A stretch of 64,000 nt of DNA from Nannocystales bacterium (GTDB taxonomy: Bacteria; Myxococcota_A; Polyangia; Nannocystales; Nannocystaceae): the NCBI GenBank assembly GCA_050633305.1, contig JBOEGF010000008.1, positions 96,001-160,000 of the forward strand. Direction: 5' to 3'. Shown in pieces: positions 19,193 through 28,766 of this stretch. The notes beneath the pieces were generated by a model. The model was not told the DNA's origin, made no database searches, and worked only from the letters and a program-made list of their open reading frames with translations. Both the position numbers and the translations under genes were made by a program. How positions within the stretch are numbered: the stretch's first letter is position 1; every line of letters starts with the position of its first letter.

Positions 19193-19242
19193 CAGCGCGC
19201 AAGCGTTGCCGGACGTGGGCAGCGCACCCACGGCATGCTGGT

Positions 19243-20007
19243 GTGGTGCGTCTCGTCCTCTCAGCCGTCGTCCTTCTGAGTGCGCTCTCGTGTACGCACC
19301 CACCCGCTGTGCAGTCCGACTGGGCCCCCACCTCACCGCCGTCGGGGGCTCCAGAGCCGGTCCCCGCCGTGGCCACAGACCCGGCCACGGTGGCGCAGAT
19401 GCACGCGCTTCTGGACACGACGGAGACGTTGCGCGATCTCGCCTCACGCGGCCGCTCGGAGGCGGTTCGGAAGGCCGCGGCCGAGTTTGTCGCGTCCCTC
19501 CGGCCCGACACCGCGACCCCCGGCCCGTGGCAGGACCCCCTCGCCAACATTCGTACGCAAGCCGAAACGCTCGCAACACACGAGAGCGATGCGCAGGCCG
19601 CCGCTGCACTGGCCCGGATCGCCCAAACCTGCGGCGACTGTCACGTGAGTGCCGACGTGCAAGCTCGCGTTGCCGCGAAGCTCGAGCAGGGCGCAGCGCC
19701 TCCCATGGGCACCACCGAACCCGAGGCGATGCGCGTGCACGACTGGTCCTCGCAGCGGATGTGGGACAGCCTGGTCATTCCCGACAAAGACCGATGGGTT
19801 GAGGGCACGACCATGTTTGTCTTGCTGCCCTCGTGCGTGGACTTGGACCCCGCCGACGTCGAACACACGCTTCGTTGTGACCGGGCCCGCGCAGTCGCCC
19901 GGCGAGCCCACATCGTCTCGGACCTCGACGGGCGCACATCGGTGATGGGGGACCTGCTGGGAACGTGCGCATCCTGCCACCGGGCGGCCTCGTCCCCCGC
20001 GGGCTGA
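19243..20007 (+). CDS. Diheme c-type cytochrome lipoprotein
   Basis: Lipobox 'ALSC'; two CxxCH motifs (CGDCH, CASCH), each at the end of a helical half. Confidence 0.8.
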   Translation: MVRLVLSAVVLLSALSCTHPPAVQSDWAPTSPPSGAPEPVPAVATDPATVAQMHALLDTTETLRDLASRGRSEAVRKAAAEFVASLRPDTATPGPWQDPLANIRTQAETLATHESDAQAAAALARIAQTCGDCHVSADVQARVAAKLEQGAAPPMGTTEPEAMRVHDWSSQRMWDSLVIPDKDRWVEGTTMFVLLPSCVDLDPADVEHTLRCDRARAVARRAHIVSDLDGRTSVMGDLLGTCASCHRAASSPAG

Positions 20008-20112
20008 CGCTCCACACCTCGCCGGTGTCCTGAGTCCGCGATCGGTTTGAATTCGGCCTTGCAACGCACGCCTCGAGTCCCTTCAGGCTGCGTTGCTCGG
20101 CGCTCGACGGAC

Positions 20113-22212
20113 CTAGTAACTGGTGCAGTCGTCTTGCGCGGCGTGATCACACCCGTCGCGGCCAACGTAGGACTGCGTGCTGCGGTTCGGCTCCATCGAT
20201 GCCGAGACAGGCGAGTTGAGTTCGACGAAGTCGATCCACCCCTGCGCGTACTCGGTGAACGTGTCGATGAACAGGCCCTCGTCGAACACGACCCCGAACG
20301 TGTCGTAGCCGTCGAAGCCCTGCGCGATGAAGCTGTTGGTCACCACGATGTAGACCGTGTCATCGACCAGCGGCATCCAGGTTGCACCAAGACGCGGGTT
20401 GCCTTCGAGGTTGAGGATACGTGAGCCCGCGGCTGCAGAGGCATCCACGTCGAATCGGAGGCCTGCGGCGTACGGGTACGATCCGGTGGACCCATCGTCA
20501 TCGAGGTGGTTGGAGAGCCCATCCTCGAGCGACTGGCGGATCTGGGTCCCGGTGAGTTCCAGCGTCACGAGCGTGTTGGAGAACGGAAGCAGATTGTACG
20601 CATCGGCGATCGTGTACTCGCCAGCGTCCACCGTCTCGCGGACCCCACCGGCATTCTGAATGGCGAAGTCCGCCGTGGGGGTGACGGTCATGAAGCCCGC
20701 TGCCACCACGTCTGCGATCTCACTCCCCATCGCGTAGCAGGCTTGAGTGCATTCCTCGGTCCCCGATTGCCCTTGCCCAGGGAACCGCTCCAGACACAGC
20801 GTCTGGGCGGCGCTCCCAATCGGGGTTTGCTCAAGCTTTGCGACCTGGCCTCGGTACCCGTCCAACACTGACGACGCGCCACGGTCCGCCGTGACCGCCA
20901 CGAGTTCCGGCGCCGCGGTGAGAGCCTCGACGACCGCCGCAACGTCGTCACCGACGAGAACCTCATCGCTCTCCTCTCCGAGTTGGTCGGTGTACTCGTA
21001 GACGAAGCTCTCCGCGTCGAACGGCATGCGCGGGGTCCCGGCGCACGAGGTCACGACTCCATCCCCGTCAAACTCGACATGGAGCTCGCCGAGCAGATGA
21101 GCGTACTCCCAGGCCTGCACCACACAGACGGGCTCCCCGTCGGCGTTGGTCACCTCGGTCGGGTAGTCGCCGCCGACCTGAAATCCCAGATTCGTCAGTC
21201 CTTCTCCGCCGAGTAGCGTGTGCGAGTCCCCGCCCACGATCACATCCACCCCAGTGAGGGCGGCCGCAAGTTCGAGGTCTTGCGCGTACTGGTAGTGCGT
21301 CACCAACACGACCTTGTCCACCTCCATCCCGGCCAGTTCATCGATGATGCTCTGCGCGGTCTCGGCCTCATCGAGCAGGACAGTCCCTTCGTCCGGCATC
21401 GAGCTGACCATCGTCTTCTGTGCGATGTCGATCCCGACGAAACCGACCTGTTCCCCTCCGAGGTCTCGGATGACATAGGGCTGGAGGTACCCCTCGGCGA
21501 GCGGGGATTCCTTGCCGGGTGCGACGTTGGCCGCAATGACCGGGGTCGAGCAGTCGCCCACCGCCAGCTCGTCCAAGAACGCGGCGAGACCCGCGTCGCC
21601 GTCGTCGAACTCGTGGTTGCCCAACGCGAACGCGTCAAAGCAGATCTCGTTCATCATCGCGGCATCGGCCGCGCCAGAGAACAGCGAGTAGTACAGCGTC
21701 CCGGTGATCGCATCCCCCGCGTGGACCTTCACGACGTTCTCGTTCTCCGCCTCGAGGCTTTCGAACAACGCCGTGAGCATCGGCATCCCTCCGAATCGCA
21801 CCTCGACCTCCTCGATGGCGCCACCTTTCGCCGTGGCCTCCGCGTTGAGGCCGAGACCACTGACATCGAGGTCGAAATCGTCCGCCTCGAGGTGCGAGTG
21901 ATGGTCGTTCATGTGAAGAATGGTCATGGAGAAGGCGGCGGCTTCCTCCGTGTCCGACTCCGACTCGGTGTCCGAACTGGGCCCGCTCGTTGACCCGGGC
22001 TCGCCCTCCGTGTCGGGGGCCGTCTCCGTGCCCGTGGTGGGCTCGACGACCCCCGTTGTGGGGGGATTGCCCGTCGTGGGGGGCGAGCCCGAGGTCTCAT
22101 CTCCCGAGTCCGTATCCATGTCTGCGGCGACGTCATCGCCACAACCAACGGTGGGCACAAGCAGGATCAAGCCGAACAGGAATGCAGGGGTGTTGTTCTT
22201 GAGGGTACGCAT
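20113..22212 (-). CDS. 5'-nucleotidase/metallophosphoesterase (NadN/UshA-like) lipoprotein
   Basis: Lipobox 'TVGC', linker, 'HMNDHHSH', 'HAGD', 'GNHEFD', 'GGDSHTLLG', C-terminal domain 'QNAGGVR', 'LLPFSN', 'GFDGY'. Confidence 0.92.
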   Translation of the reverse strand: MRTLKNNTPAFLFGLILLVPTVGCGDDVAADMDTDSGDETSGSPPTTGNPPTTGVVEPTTGTETAPDTEGEPGSTSGPSSDTESESDTEEAAAFSMTILHMNDHHSHLEADDFDLDVSGLGLNAEATAKGGAIEEVEVRFGGMPMLTALFESLEAENENVVKVHAGDAITGTLYYSLFSGAADAAMMNEICFDAFALGNHEFDDGDAGLAAFLDELAVGDCSTPVIAANVAPGKESPLAEGYLQPYVIRDLGGEQVGFVGIDIAQKTMVSSMPDEGTVLLDEAETAQSIIDELAGMEVDKVVLVTHYQYAQDLELAAALTGVDVIVGGDSHTLLGGEGLTNLGFQVGGDYPTEVTNADGEPVCVVQAWEYAHLLGELHVEFDGDGVVTSCAGTPRMPFDAESFVYEYTDQLGEESDEVLVGDDVAAVVEALTAAPELVAVTADRGASSVLDGYRGQVAKLEQTPIGSAAQTLCLERFPGQGQSGTEECTQACYAMGSEIADVVAAGFMTVTPTADFAIQNAGGVRETVDAGEYTIADAYNLLPFSNTLVTLELTGTQIRQSLEDGLSNHLDDDGSTGSYPYAAGLRFDVDASAAAGSRILNLEGNPRLGATWMPLVDDTVYIVVTNSFIAQGFDGYDTFGVVFDEGLFIDTFTEYAQGWIDFVELNSPVSASMEPNRSTQSYVGRDGCDHAAQDDCTSY

Positions 22213-22451
22213 GACTGCAACCACGCGAACGCATAGCCATCGAACGTCACGGCAACCTGCACGCCCCCACAATGACACCGGCTTGCGACACGCGCGACGA
22301 AGCACGGTCGCCGCAGTGCTCCGGCCGTGGCACTCGGCACAGCGCCGTTACGCGTTCGCGATCGCACACCCAGGCGGCGTGCAACATCCCCGAGACGGGC
22401 AAGAAACAGCGCTGCAATCGCGGCCGAGCCCACCCCGGCCGACCGAGCCAA

Positions 22452-22955
22452 TCACGGCGCTTCCTCGTCCGTGCCCCACAGCTCGGCGAATCGCGCGGCG
22501 GTCTCTTTCGTCGCGCCCGGCCCAAGACGAAACCCGAACGCAGCGGGTGGAAGCGGGAGTCCCGTCTCATCCAGAATACGGACTTTGGGGATCCGCTCCC
22601 CGGTGCGCTCGTCGACGACCAACAACGGCTCCTTGCCCTTGCCGAACACCCATCGGTCGCCCCACTGACGCAGCGCCGTCAGGACGGTGGCGAGATCCTT
22701 GCCACGGGGCGTCAGAACATATTCGTACCGTGGCCCGTGCACGCCCGCATCCACCCGCTCGAACACCTCGTGCTCCACGAGATGATCGAGCCGGCCGCTG
22801 AGCACGTTCTTGGAGATCCCCAAGACCGACTGAAAGTCGCCGAAACGTCGGGTGCCGAAGAACGCCTCGCGAATCAGGAGCAGGGTCCACCAGTCCCCAA
22901 GCACCTCCAGCGCTTGGGCCACAGCGCAGTTCTCTTCATCGAACCGGCGACGCAT
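22452..22955 (-). CDS. HxlR-family winged-helix transcriptional regulator
   Basis: 'NCAVAQALEVLGDWWTLLLIREAFFGTRRFGDF', 'RYEYVLTPRGKDL', 'LRQWGDRW'. Confidence 0.9.
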   Translation of the reverse strand: MRRRFDEENCAVAQALEVLGDWWTLLLIREAFFGTRRFGDFQSVLGISKNVLSGRLDHLVEHEVFERVDAGVHGPRYEYVLTPRGKDLATVLTALRQWGDRWVFGKGKEPLLVVDERTGERIPKVRILDETGLPLPPAAFGFRLGPGATKETAARFAELWGTDEEAP

Positions 22956-22960
22956 CAGAG

Positions 22961-22981
22961 TTATGGTTGCATAAAGGGACC
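22961..22981. promoter_or_regulatory. Candidate operator in the 46-bp divergent gap between the HxlR gene and the molybdopterin enzyme gene
   Basis: AT-rich inverted repeat TTATG-GTTG-CATAA (22961-22974) overlapping imperfect GGTT...GACC (22965-22981). Confidence 0.4.
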
Positions 22982-23001
22982 AAATTTTCGAGCATGCAGA
23001 G

Positions 23002-25257
23002 ATGGAGACGAGCGATTGGAAGCCGACGGCCTGCATCTTGTGCGAGTGCAACTGCGGACTGGAGGTCCAACTCGGGGGTGAAGACGGGCGGCGACTGGTT
23101 CGACTCCGCGGGGACAAGCGCCACCCCGTCTCCCGCGGCTACGCCTGCGAAAAGCCGCACCGTCTGGACCACTATCAGAACGCCCGCGACCGCCTGACCA
23201 CACCGCTACGCAAGCGTGCGGATGGCAGCTTCGAGGCCATCGACTGGGACACCGCGATCACCGAAGTCGCAGAGCGTCTGAGCGCGGTCAAGCAGGCCCA
23301 TGGCGGCGAGAGTATTTTCTACTACGGAGGCGGCGGCCAGGGGAACCACCTTCCGGGCACCTACGCCACGGCCACCCGCCGAGCCCTCGGCTCTCGATAC
23401 CGTTCCAGCGCGCTGGCGCAGGAAAAGACGGGAGAGTTCTGGGTCAGCCACAGGATGATGGGGTCGATCACCCGCGCCGATTTCGAACACTGTGATGTCG
23501 GACTCTTTCTGGGCAAGAACCCCTGGCACTCCCACTCGCTCCCGCGCGCTCGCGTGACGCTTCGCGAGATTGCACGCGACCCCAGCCGAACGCTGATCGT
23601 GATCGACCCCCGGCGCACCGAGACCGCGGCGCTGGCGGACATCCACCTGCAGGTGGTGCCCGGCGGGGATCCGTGGCTGATCAGTGCACTTCTCGCCGTG
23701 CTGGTGGAGATCGATGGCATCGACCACGCTTTCTTGGCCGAGCACGCACGAGACGGCGACCTCGAAACGGTCCGCACCGCGATTGAAGCCGTCGACATCG
23801 CGGACGCCTGTGGGCGTGCAGGCGTCGACGAGGCGGAGGTTCGCAAGACCGCGAGCATCATCGCGGGTGCCCGGGCGTTCGCGAGCTTCGAGGACCTGGG
23901 CGTTCAGATGTCGCCCGGCTCGACCCTTGTCAGCTACCTTCACCGCCTGCTGGTGTTCCTGACCGGCAGCGTGGGAAAGGCCGGAACCCACTACGCGCCC
24001 ACCACCCTCGCGGACATCGCCAACGGGGCGGTCAAGCGCAACAGCCCGGTCATGGACGCCCCCTTGGTGGGGGGTCTCGTGCCCTGCAACATGATCGCAG
24101 AGGAGATCCTCACCGACCACGAGGCTCGGTACCGGGCGATGATCGTGGAGGCAGCCAACCCCGCGCACTCCCTCGCCGACTCGCAGCGGATGCGTAAGGC
24201 CCTCGGTGCGCTCGACACCCTGGTGGTCATCGACGTGGCCATGACCGAGACCGCCAAGCTCGCCGACTACGTGCTCCCCGCGTCCAGCCAGTTCGAAAAA
24301 GCGGAGGCCACGTTCTTCAACTTCGAGTTCCCGCACAACGCGTTTCAGCTCCGGCAGCGACTGATGGACCCGGTTCCGGGAACGCTTCCGGAGGCTGAAA
24401 TCCACGCCCGGATCTGCGAGGCGCTGGGGGCGTTCACGGACGACGACCTGGAGCCCCTGCGCGAAGCTGCGGCCCAAAGCATGGAGGCCTACGGCCAAGC
24501 GATGATGATGCGGGTGCTCTCCAACGCGCGGCTCGCCCCGCTGGCACCCGTCATCCTCTATCGGACGCTTCCACTTCCGGATGCGGCCCGCGAAGGCGCT
24601 GTCCTGCTGGGCATCGTACTCAAGGCTGCGCTCAGTGGCGCGGATGGGCTCGCCGCGGCGGGCTTCGACGGACCTCCGATGCTCGCCGCGGGGAAGCTGT
24701 TTCAGGCCATCCTCGACAACCCCGCTGGCGTCGTCTACTCCAAGGGCGAGTGGAACGGTGCGGGGCCCTGGATCAAGACCGCCGACAAGAAGCTGCACCT
24801 CGCGCTTGCCGACATGCTCGAGGCCTGGGACAGCACCCTCACCCAAGCTCCTACGCGCGACGATGCCTTTCCCTTCGTCCTCAGCGCCGGCGAGCGACGC
24901 TCCTTTACTGCCAACACGATCATCCGTGACCCGGCGTGGCGGAAGAAAGACCCGCAAGGCGGCCTTCGGATCAGCCCCGATGATGCGGAGGCGTTGGGTG
25001 TGCAGAGCGGGGACGCGGTCCGGGTGACGACCAAGCGAGGCTCGGCCACGGTCACAGCGGAGGTCAGCGACACCATGCGTTCGGGGCATATCTCGCTCCC
25101 CAACGGTCTCGGACTGAGCTATCCCGAGGGCGACGCGACACCGACGACCGGGGTTGCGCCCAATGAACTCACGGCCAGCGAAGACCGCGACCCCTTCGTC
25201 GGCACCCCGTGGCATAAGCACGTCCGCGCCCGTCTGGAGGCCGTTTCGCCGTTGTGA
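23002..25257 (+). CDS. Molybdopterin-dependent oxidoreductase (DMSO reductase superfamily) with N-terminal 4Fe-4S motif, cytoplasmic
   Basis: 'TACILCECNCG...GYACEK', 'RLTTPL', 'IDPRRTETA', 'DVAMTETAKLADYVLPA', C-terminal 'ISPDDAEALGVQSGDAVRVTTKRG'; no Tat signal. Confidence 0.92.
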   Translation: METSDWKPTACILCECNCGLEVQLGGEDGRRLVRLRGDKRHPVSRGYACEKPHRLDHYQNARDRLTTPLRKRADGSFEAIDWDTAITEVAERLSAVKQAHGGESIFYYGGGGQGNHLPGTYATATRRALGSRYRSSALAQEKTGEFWVSHRMMGSITRADFEHCDVGLFLGKNPWHSHSLPRARVTLREIARDPSRTLIVIDPRRTETAALADIHLQVVPGGDPWLISALLAVLVEIDGIDHAFLAEHARDGDLETVRTAIEAVDIADACGRAGVDEAEVRKTASIIAGARAFASFEDLGVQMSPGSTLVSYLHRLLVFLTGSVGKAGTHYAPTTLADIANGAVKRNSPVMDAPLVGGLVPCNMIAEEILTDHEARYRAMIVEAANPAHSLADSQRMRKALGALDTLVVIDVAMTETAKLADYVLPASSQFEKAEATFFNFEFPHNAFQLRQRLMDPVPGTLPEAEIHARICEALGAFTDDDLEPLREAAAQSMEAYGQAMMMRVLSNARLAPLAPVILYRTLPLPDAAREGAVLLGIVLKAALSGADGLAAAGFDGPPMLAAGKLFQAILDNPAGVVYSKGEWNGAGPWIKTADKKLHLALADMLEAWDSTLTQAPTRDDAFPFVLSAGERRSFTANTIIRDPAWRKKDPQGGLRISPDDAEALGVQSGDAVRVTTKRGSATVTAEVSDTMRSGHISLPNGLGLSYPEGDATPTTGVAPNELTASEDRDPFVGTPWHKHVRARLEAVSPL

Positions 25258-25300
25258 TGGTTTCTTGGAGGGGAGCACTGAACATGGTATCAGCCGGTCT

Positions 25301-25705
25301 GTGAACGACCCCAACATCGTCCCTGAGCCCATTGTGAAGCTGATCGACGTGTTCGAGGCCCAGCTTCCCGAGGTCGAGTTCCCCGGAGTCAACGCGGCCA
25401 CGCTCCGCGAGCAGGCCACCACCGTCGACGCCGCTGCAGAGACCCTGGCGGCAGCCGAGGTCGCGTTGCGGGAAGCCAGGACTCAGCACGCCGAGGCCTA
25501 TGGGGCCCTGCGCACCGCAGCCGAGCGGGGCCTCGGCTATGCCCAAGTGTACGCCACCGACAACACCGAGCTGGCCGAGGCCCTCGCGGGCATCGAGCTT
25601 CGTCCCGCCAAACCGCGCCGCACCCCACCCAAGAAGCGCGCACGCAAGCCCAAGCCTACGCCGGACAATGTTGCCGAGCTGCCGCTTCAAGCCGAGACCG
25701 CGTAG
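25301..25705 (+). CDS. Hypothetical helical protein
   Basis: GTG start, good codon bias, coiled-coil middle, basic Pro-rich tail. Confidence 0.6.
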   Translation: MNDPNIVPEPIVKLIDVFEAQLPEVEFPGVNAATLREQATTVDAAAETLAAAEVALREARTQHAEAYGALRTAAERGLGYAQVYATDNTELAEALAGIELRPAKPRRTPPKKRARKPKPTPDNVAELPLQAETA

Positions 25706-25720
25706 GCTCGCGCCGCGGCC

Positions 25721-26917
25721 ATGACCGACGCCCCTCCCTCCCCGAGCGTTCGGAACGCCCGTTGGCTCGTCGTCTCCAAGGCGTCGGTCAAGCTGGGCGA
25801 CCTCCTGTGCGATGCCAAGACCACGGTGCCCTGGCTCTTGCTCTCGGCGGGGGCACCGGCGGGCATGCTTGGGCTGCTGGTGCCGGTCCGCGAGAGCCTC
25901 AGCATGCTCCCGCAGGTGTTCATCGCACCGTGGGTTCAGGCGGTCGAGCCTCGTCAACGCATGGCCGCCGCTGCGATCGGAGTTCAAGCGATGGCAGCTC
26001 TCGCGATCGCCCTCCTGGCCTTCAGCTTGCGTGGCGCGGCTGCGGGCGTCGCCGTCCTCATCGCACTTGGTGTTCTCGGCATCGGGCGGGCCTTCGCCTC
26101 CCTCGCGAACAAGGACGTCTTGGCGCGTGCCGTCCCCAAGGGCCGTCGCGGGCAGGTGACGGGCCGAGCCACGAGCATCGCAGGGATGATCGGGCTGGGC
26201 GGCGCGGCAGCGAGCTTGCTCGTCACCCGACCCGATTCGGTGAGTGTGCTCGTCCTCGTCGTGGGCGCCGCGAGTGCGGCGTTCGGCTTGGCCGCGCTTG
26301 CACTGCTCCGCGTGACCGAGGACGCAGCCCCGGCCAAGGCGAAGCAGCGTGCGTCGTTGCGGAGCGCGCTCTCCGACCCTCGCCTCCGCCGGTTCGTGGC
26401 GGTTCGGACACTCCTCGCCGCTTCCGCACTCGGGGGACCCTACATCGTGAGCCTTGGGCGCGACGGAGCCTCCACGCTGCAAACGCTTGCGGCGTTCGTC
26501 CTCGCCGGCGGTGCCGCTTCATTCGTCTCCGCGGGGTCGTGGGGGAGGTTTGCGGATCGCTCCGGCCGCGGTTGTATGGCGGCCGGCGGGACAGTTGCTG
26601 CGGTGGCTGCCTCCGGTGTCCTCGCGCTGCAGAGCCTCGCTCCCGCCACCACGGCGTGGGCATGGGCAGGCCTCTACTTCGCGTTCAGCGTTGGCTACGT
26701 GGGCGTCCGTGTTGGCCGCAAGACCTACATCGTCGACCTCGCTCAAGGCGATGCACGGACTCAGTTCGTCGCGTCCAGCAACACCTTAGTCGCCCTCGCC
26801 CTGCTGGCGTTGGGAGCCGGACTCGCGGTGTTGCCGAGCGCCACCGCAGCGATCACGGCGTGCACTGGACTCACGGTCCTGGGCGCCGCGGGCTGTCTCG
26901 CTCTGGCCCGCTCCTAG
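25721..26917 (+). CDS. MFS-like membrane transporter
   Basis: About 11-12 hydrophobic segments; loops 'VPKGRRG' and 'WGRFADRSGR'. Confidence 0.8.
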   Translation: MTDAPPSPSVRNARWLVVSKASVKLGDLLCDAKTTVPWLLLSAGAPAGMLGLLVPVRESLSMLPQVFIAPWVQAVEPRQRMAAAAIGVQAMAALAIALLAFSLRGAAAGVAVLIALGVLGIGRAFASLANKDVLARAVPKGRRGQVTGRATSIAGMIGLGGAAASLLVTRPDSVSVLVLVVGAASAAFGLAALALLRVTEDAAPAKAKQRASLRSALSDPRLRRFVAVRTLLAASALGGPYIVSLGRDGASTLQTLAAFVLAGGAASFVSAGSWGRFADRSGRGCMAAGGTVAAVAASGVLALQSLAPATTAWAWAGLYFAFSVGYVGVRVGRKTYIVDLAQGDARTQFVASSNTLVALALLALGAGLAVLPSATAAITACTGLTVLGAAGCLALARS

Positions 26918-26951
26918 GGCAGGAAGGCCGGCAGGCCACCACGCCCCCCGC

Positions 26952-27677
26952 CTACTCGACGTTGTGGAACACGGTCTGGACGTCGTCATCGTCCTCCAGC
27001 CGTGCGATCAGCTTGAGGACCTCGTCCATCTGTTCTTCGCTGAGTTCGGTGGTGGTCTTGGGGATCCACTCGAACCCAGAACTCACCGGCTCGATCTTTC
27101 GCTCCTCGAGGGCAGACTGCAGCGAGCCGAAGTCCTCGAATGCGCACCGCAGGATGACCTGCTCGGAGCCGTCCTCGCCCGTGCCGTCGAGCATCTCATC
27201 GAGGCCATGGTCGATGAGCTCGAGCTCCATCTCTTCGCGATCGAGCCCCTCGGGCTTGAGCCGAAAGATGCCGAGCCGGTCGAACATGAAGGACACCGAG
27301 CCTTCCGCGCCGAGGTTGCCGTTGCCCTTCTTGAAGGCGTTGCGAACATTGGCCACCGTCCGAGTCACGTTGTCGGTCGCCGTGTCGACGATGATCGCGA
27401 CCCCATGCGGGCCGTAGCCCTCGTAGATCGCTTCCTCGTAGTTGTCGGTGTCGTTCAGCCCCAGCGCCTTCTCGATCGCCGACGTGACGCGATCCTTGGG
27501 CATGTTGACCGCGTTCGCGTTTTGGATCGCGCGACGCAGCGTCGGGTTGGTCTCGGGGTCTCCTCCGCCAGCCTTGACCGCCATGGTGACCTGGCGGGTG
27601 GCACGCGTGAACGCCTTGTTGTTGGCGGCGCCACGCTTGAAGATCGCTTGCTTTCGGTTCTCGAAGTTGCGGCCCAT
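26952..27677 (-). CDS. yebC: YebC/PmpR family protein
   Basis: 'MGRNFENRK', 'GGGDPETNPTLR', 'NMPKD', 'YEGYGPHGVA', 'TDNVTRT', 'LEDDDDVQTVFHN'. Confidence 0.93.
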   Translation of the reverse strand: MGRNFENRKQAIFKRGAANNKAFTRATRQVTMAVKAGGGDPETNPTLRRAIQNANAVNMPKDRVTSAIEKALGLNDTDNYEEAIYEGYGPHGVAIIVDTATDNVTRTVANVRNAFKKGNGNLGAEGSVSFMFDRLGIFRLKPEGLDREEMELELIDHGLDEMLDGTGEDGSEQVILRCAFEDFGSLQSALEERKIEPVSSGFEWIPKTTTELSEEQMDEVLKLIARLEDDDDVQTVFHNVE

Positions 27678-27836
27678 GGGGGTCCTCCGTCGACGACCGT
27701 CCCCAAGGACGTGCTTCGTCGTGCGGGAGGCAGAGTAGCGCCGGTGCGCCAGCCCGTCGAGAGGCACCAGCCACCGGCGGGTCTGGACCCGGAGTGGTCC
27801 ACCCTCCGGGGTCCTCCGCCTGCTACGGTCGAGGAC

Positions 27837-28511
27837 GTGGATGATCGTCCTTCCCTCGATCTCGGCGAGCTGGGTCGCCTGCTCCAGCGGGTTGCGCCCC
27901 ACAAGACCGTCCCCGAGGTCATGGGTGCGCTCACCGCTCTCGCCAGTGCGCCTGCGTCCCCACACCCCTCGCAGTGGCTGTTGACCCTCACCGACGATGC
28001 TCGTTTCGAAGACGAGACCGACGCACGTGACTTTCTGCAGCAGGTCCTCGGTGCCTACCGAGAGCTGGATGCACTCCTACAGATGGGCGAAGCGGTGGGC
28101 CCGGACGCCGAGGACCCCCTCGTCGTGGCGCAATGGTGCCGCGGCTACTTCCAAACAGCTCGCAACGACGCGACCTGGTCCGCGGACACCGACTCGATGC
28201 GCCGGTTGATGCCGCTGGCGCTGCTCGCCGGGGAGCTCGACCGCGTGGGCCAGCCGGGCTCCGGTATGCACGGTGACGCCATGCGCTCCAAATGGACCGC
28301 CGCGCTCGGCGACCTGGCGTCGTCGTTCTACACGCAGTGGGCCGACGCCCGGGCCAAGCACCGACCCCAACCCCCGCGCGAAGACGAGCCGAGTCCCGCG
28401 CCCGACGGGGACGCCGTCCCTTTCAAACACAGTGCCCCCAAGCTCGGCCGCAACGCCCCGTGCCACTGCGGTAGCGGGAAGAAGTTCAAGCAGTGCCACG
28501 GCAAGCCGTGA
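27837..28511 (+). CDS. UPF0149/YecA-like protein with C-terminal SEC-C zinc-binding motif
   Basis: 'QWCRGYF'; C-terminus 'KLGRNAPCHCGSGKKFKQCHG'; start at GTG 27837 is uncertain. Confidence 0.8.
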   Translation: MDDRPSLDLGELGRLLQRVAPHKTVPEVMGALTALASAPASPHPSQWLLTLTDDARFEDETDARDFLQQVLGAYRELDALLQMGEAVGPDAEDPLVVAQWCRGYFQTARNDATWSADTDSMRRLMPLALLAGELDRVGQPGSGMHGDAMRSKWTAALGDLASSFYTQWADARAKHRPQPPREDEPSPAPDGDAVPFKHSAPKLGRNAPCHCGSGKKFKQCHGKP

Positions 28512-28692
28512 GCACGCCATGGACCTCGAGGTCGTGAGGTCATCGGCCCTCCCGCCGATCGGGCGGGACCTGCGCACAACGTCGAAAGGACGAAGGACTG
28601 ACACTGTCTCTTTGGGACAGACATCCACTCTTCCACAGTTCGGCCGCGGTGAGCCAGCGTTTGGACGCCAGAGGGACGAGGATTCCCCCGCC

Positions 28693-28720
28693 CACAACAA
28701 CCGTTCGAACGCGTGTTGTG
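28693..28720. promoter_or_regulatory. 28-bp near-perfect palindrome upstream of a lipoprotein gene
   Basis: CACAACA-AC-CGTTCGAACG-CG-TGTTGTG. Confidence 0.45.
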
Positions 28721-28766
28721 AGTCGGCCACTCGTGCAGCACCCGAAGCGCGACTACACTAGCCAAT

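Noticed and set aside
22213..22451. Pho-box-like TGTC repeats upstream of the 5'-nucleotidase gene
   Set aside because: The two TGTC units are 13 bp apart, not the 11-bp period of Pho boxes
28570..28605. CGTC-GAAAG-GACG hairpin reminiscent of a c-di-GMP-I riboswitch
   Set aside because: Lacks the GCAAA elements and second stem with tetraloop receptor
28519..28761. 80-aa ORF 'MDLEVVRSS...' in the intergenic gap
   Set aside because: Weak codon bias and no motif; more likely non-coding
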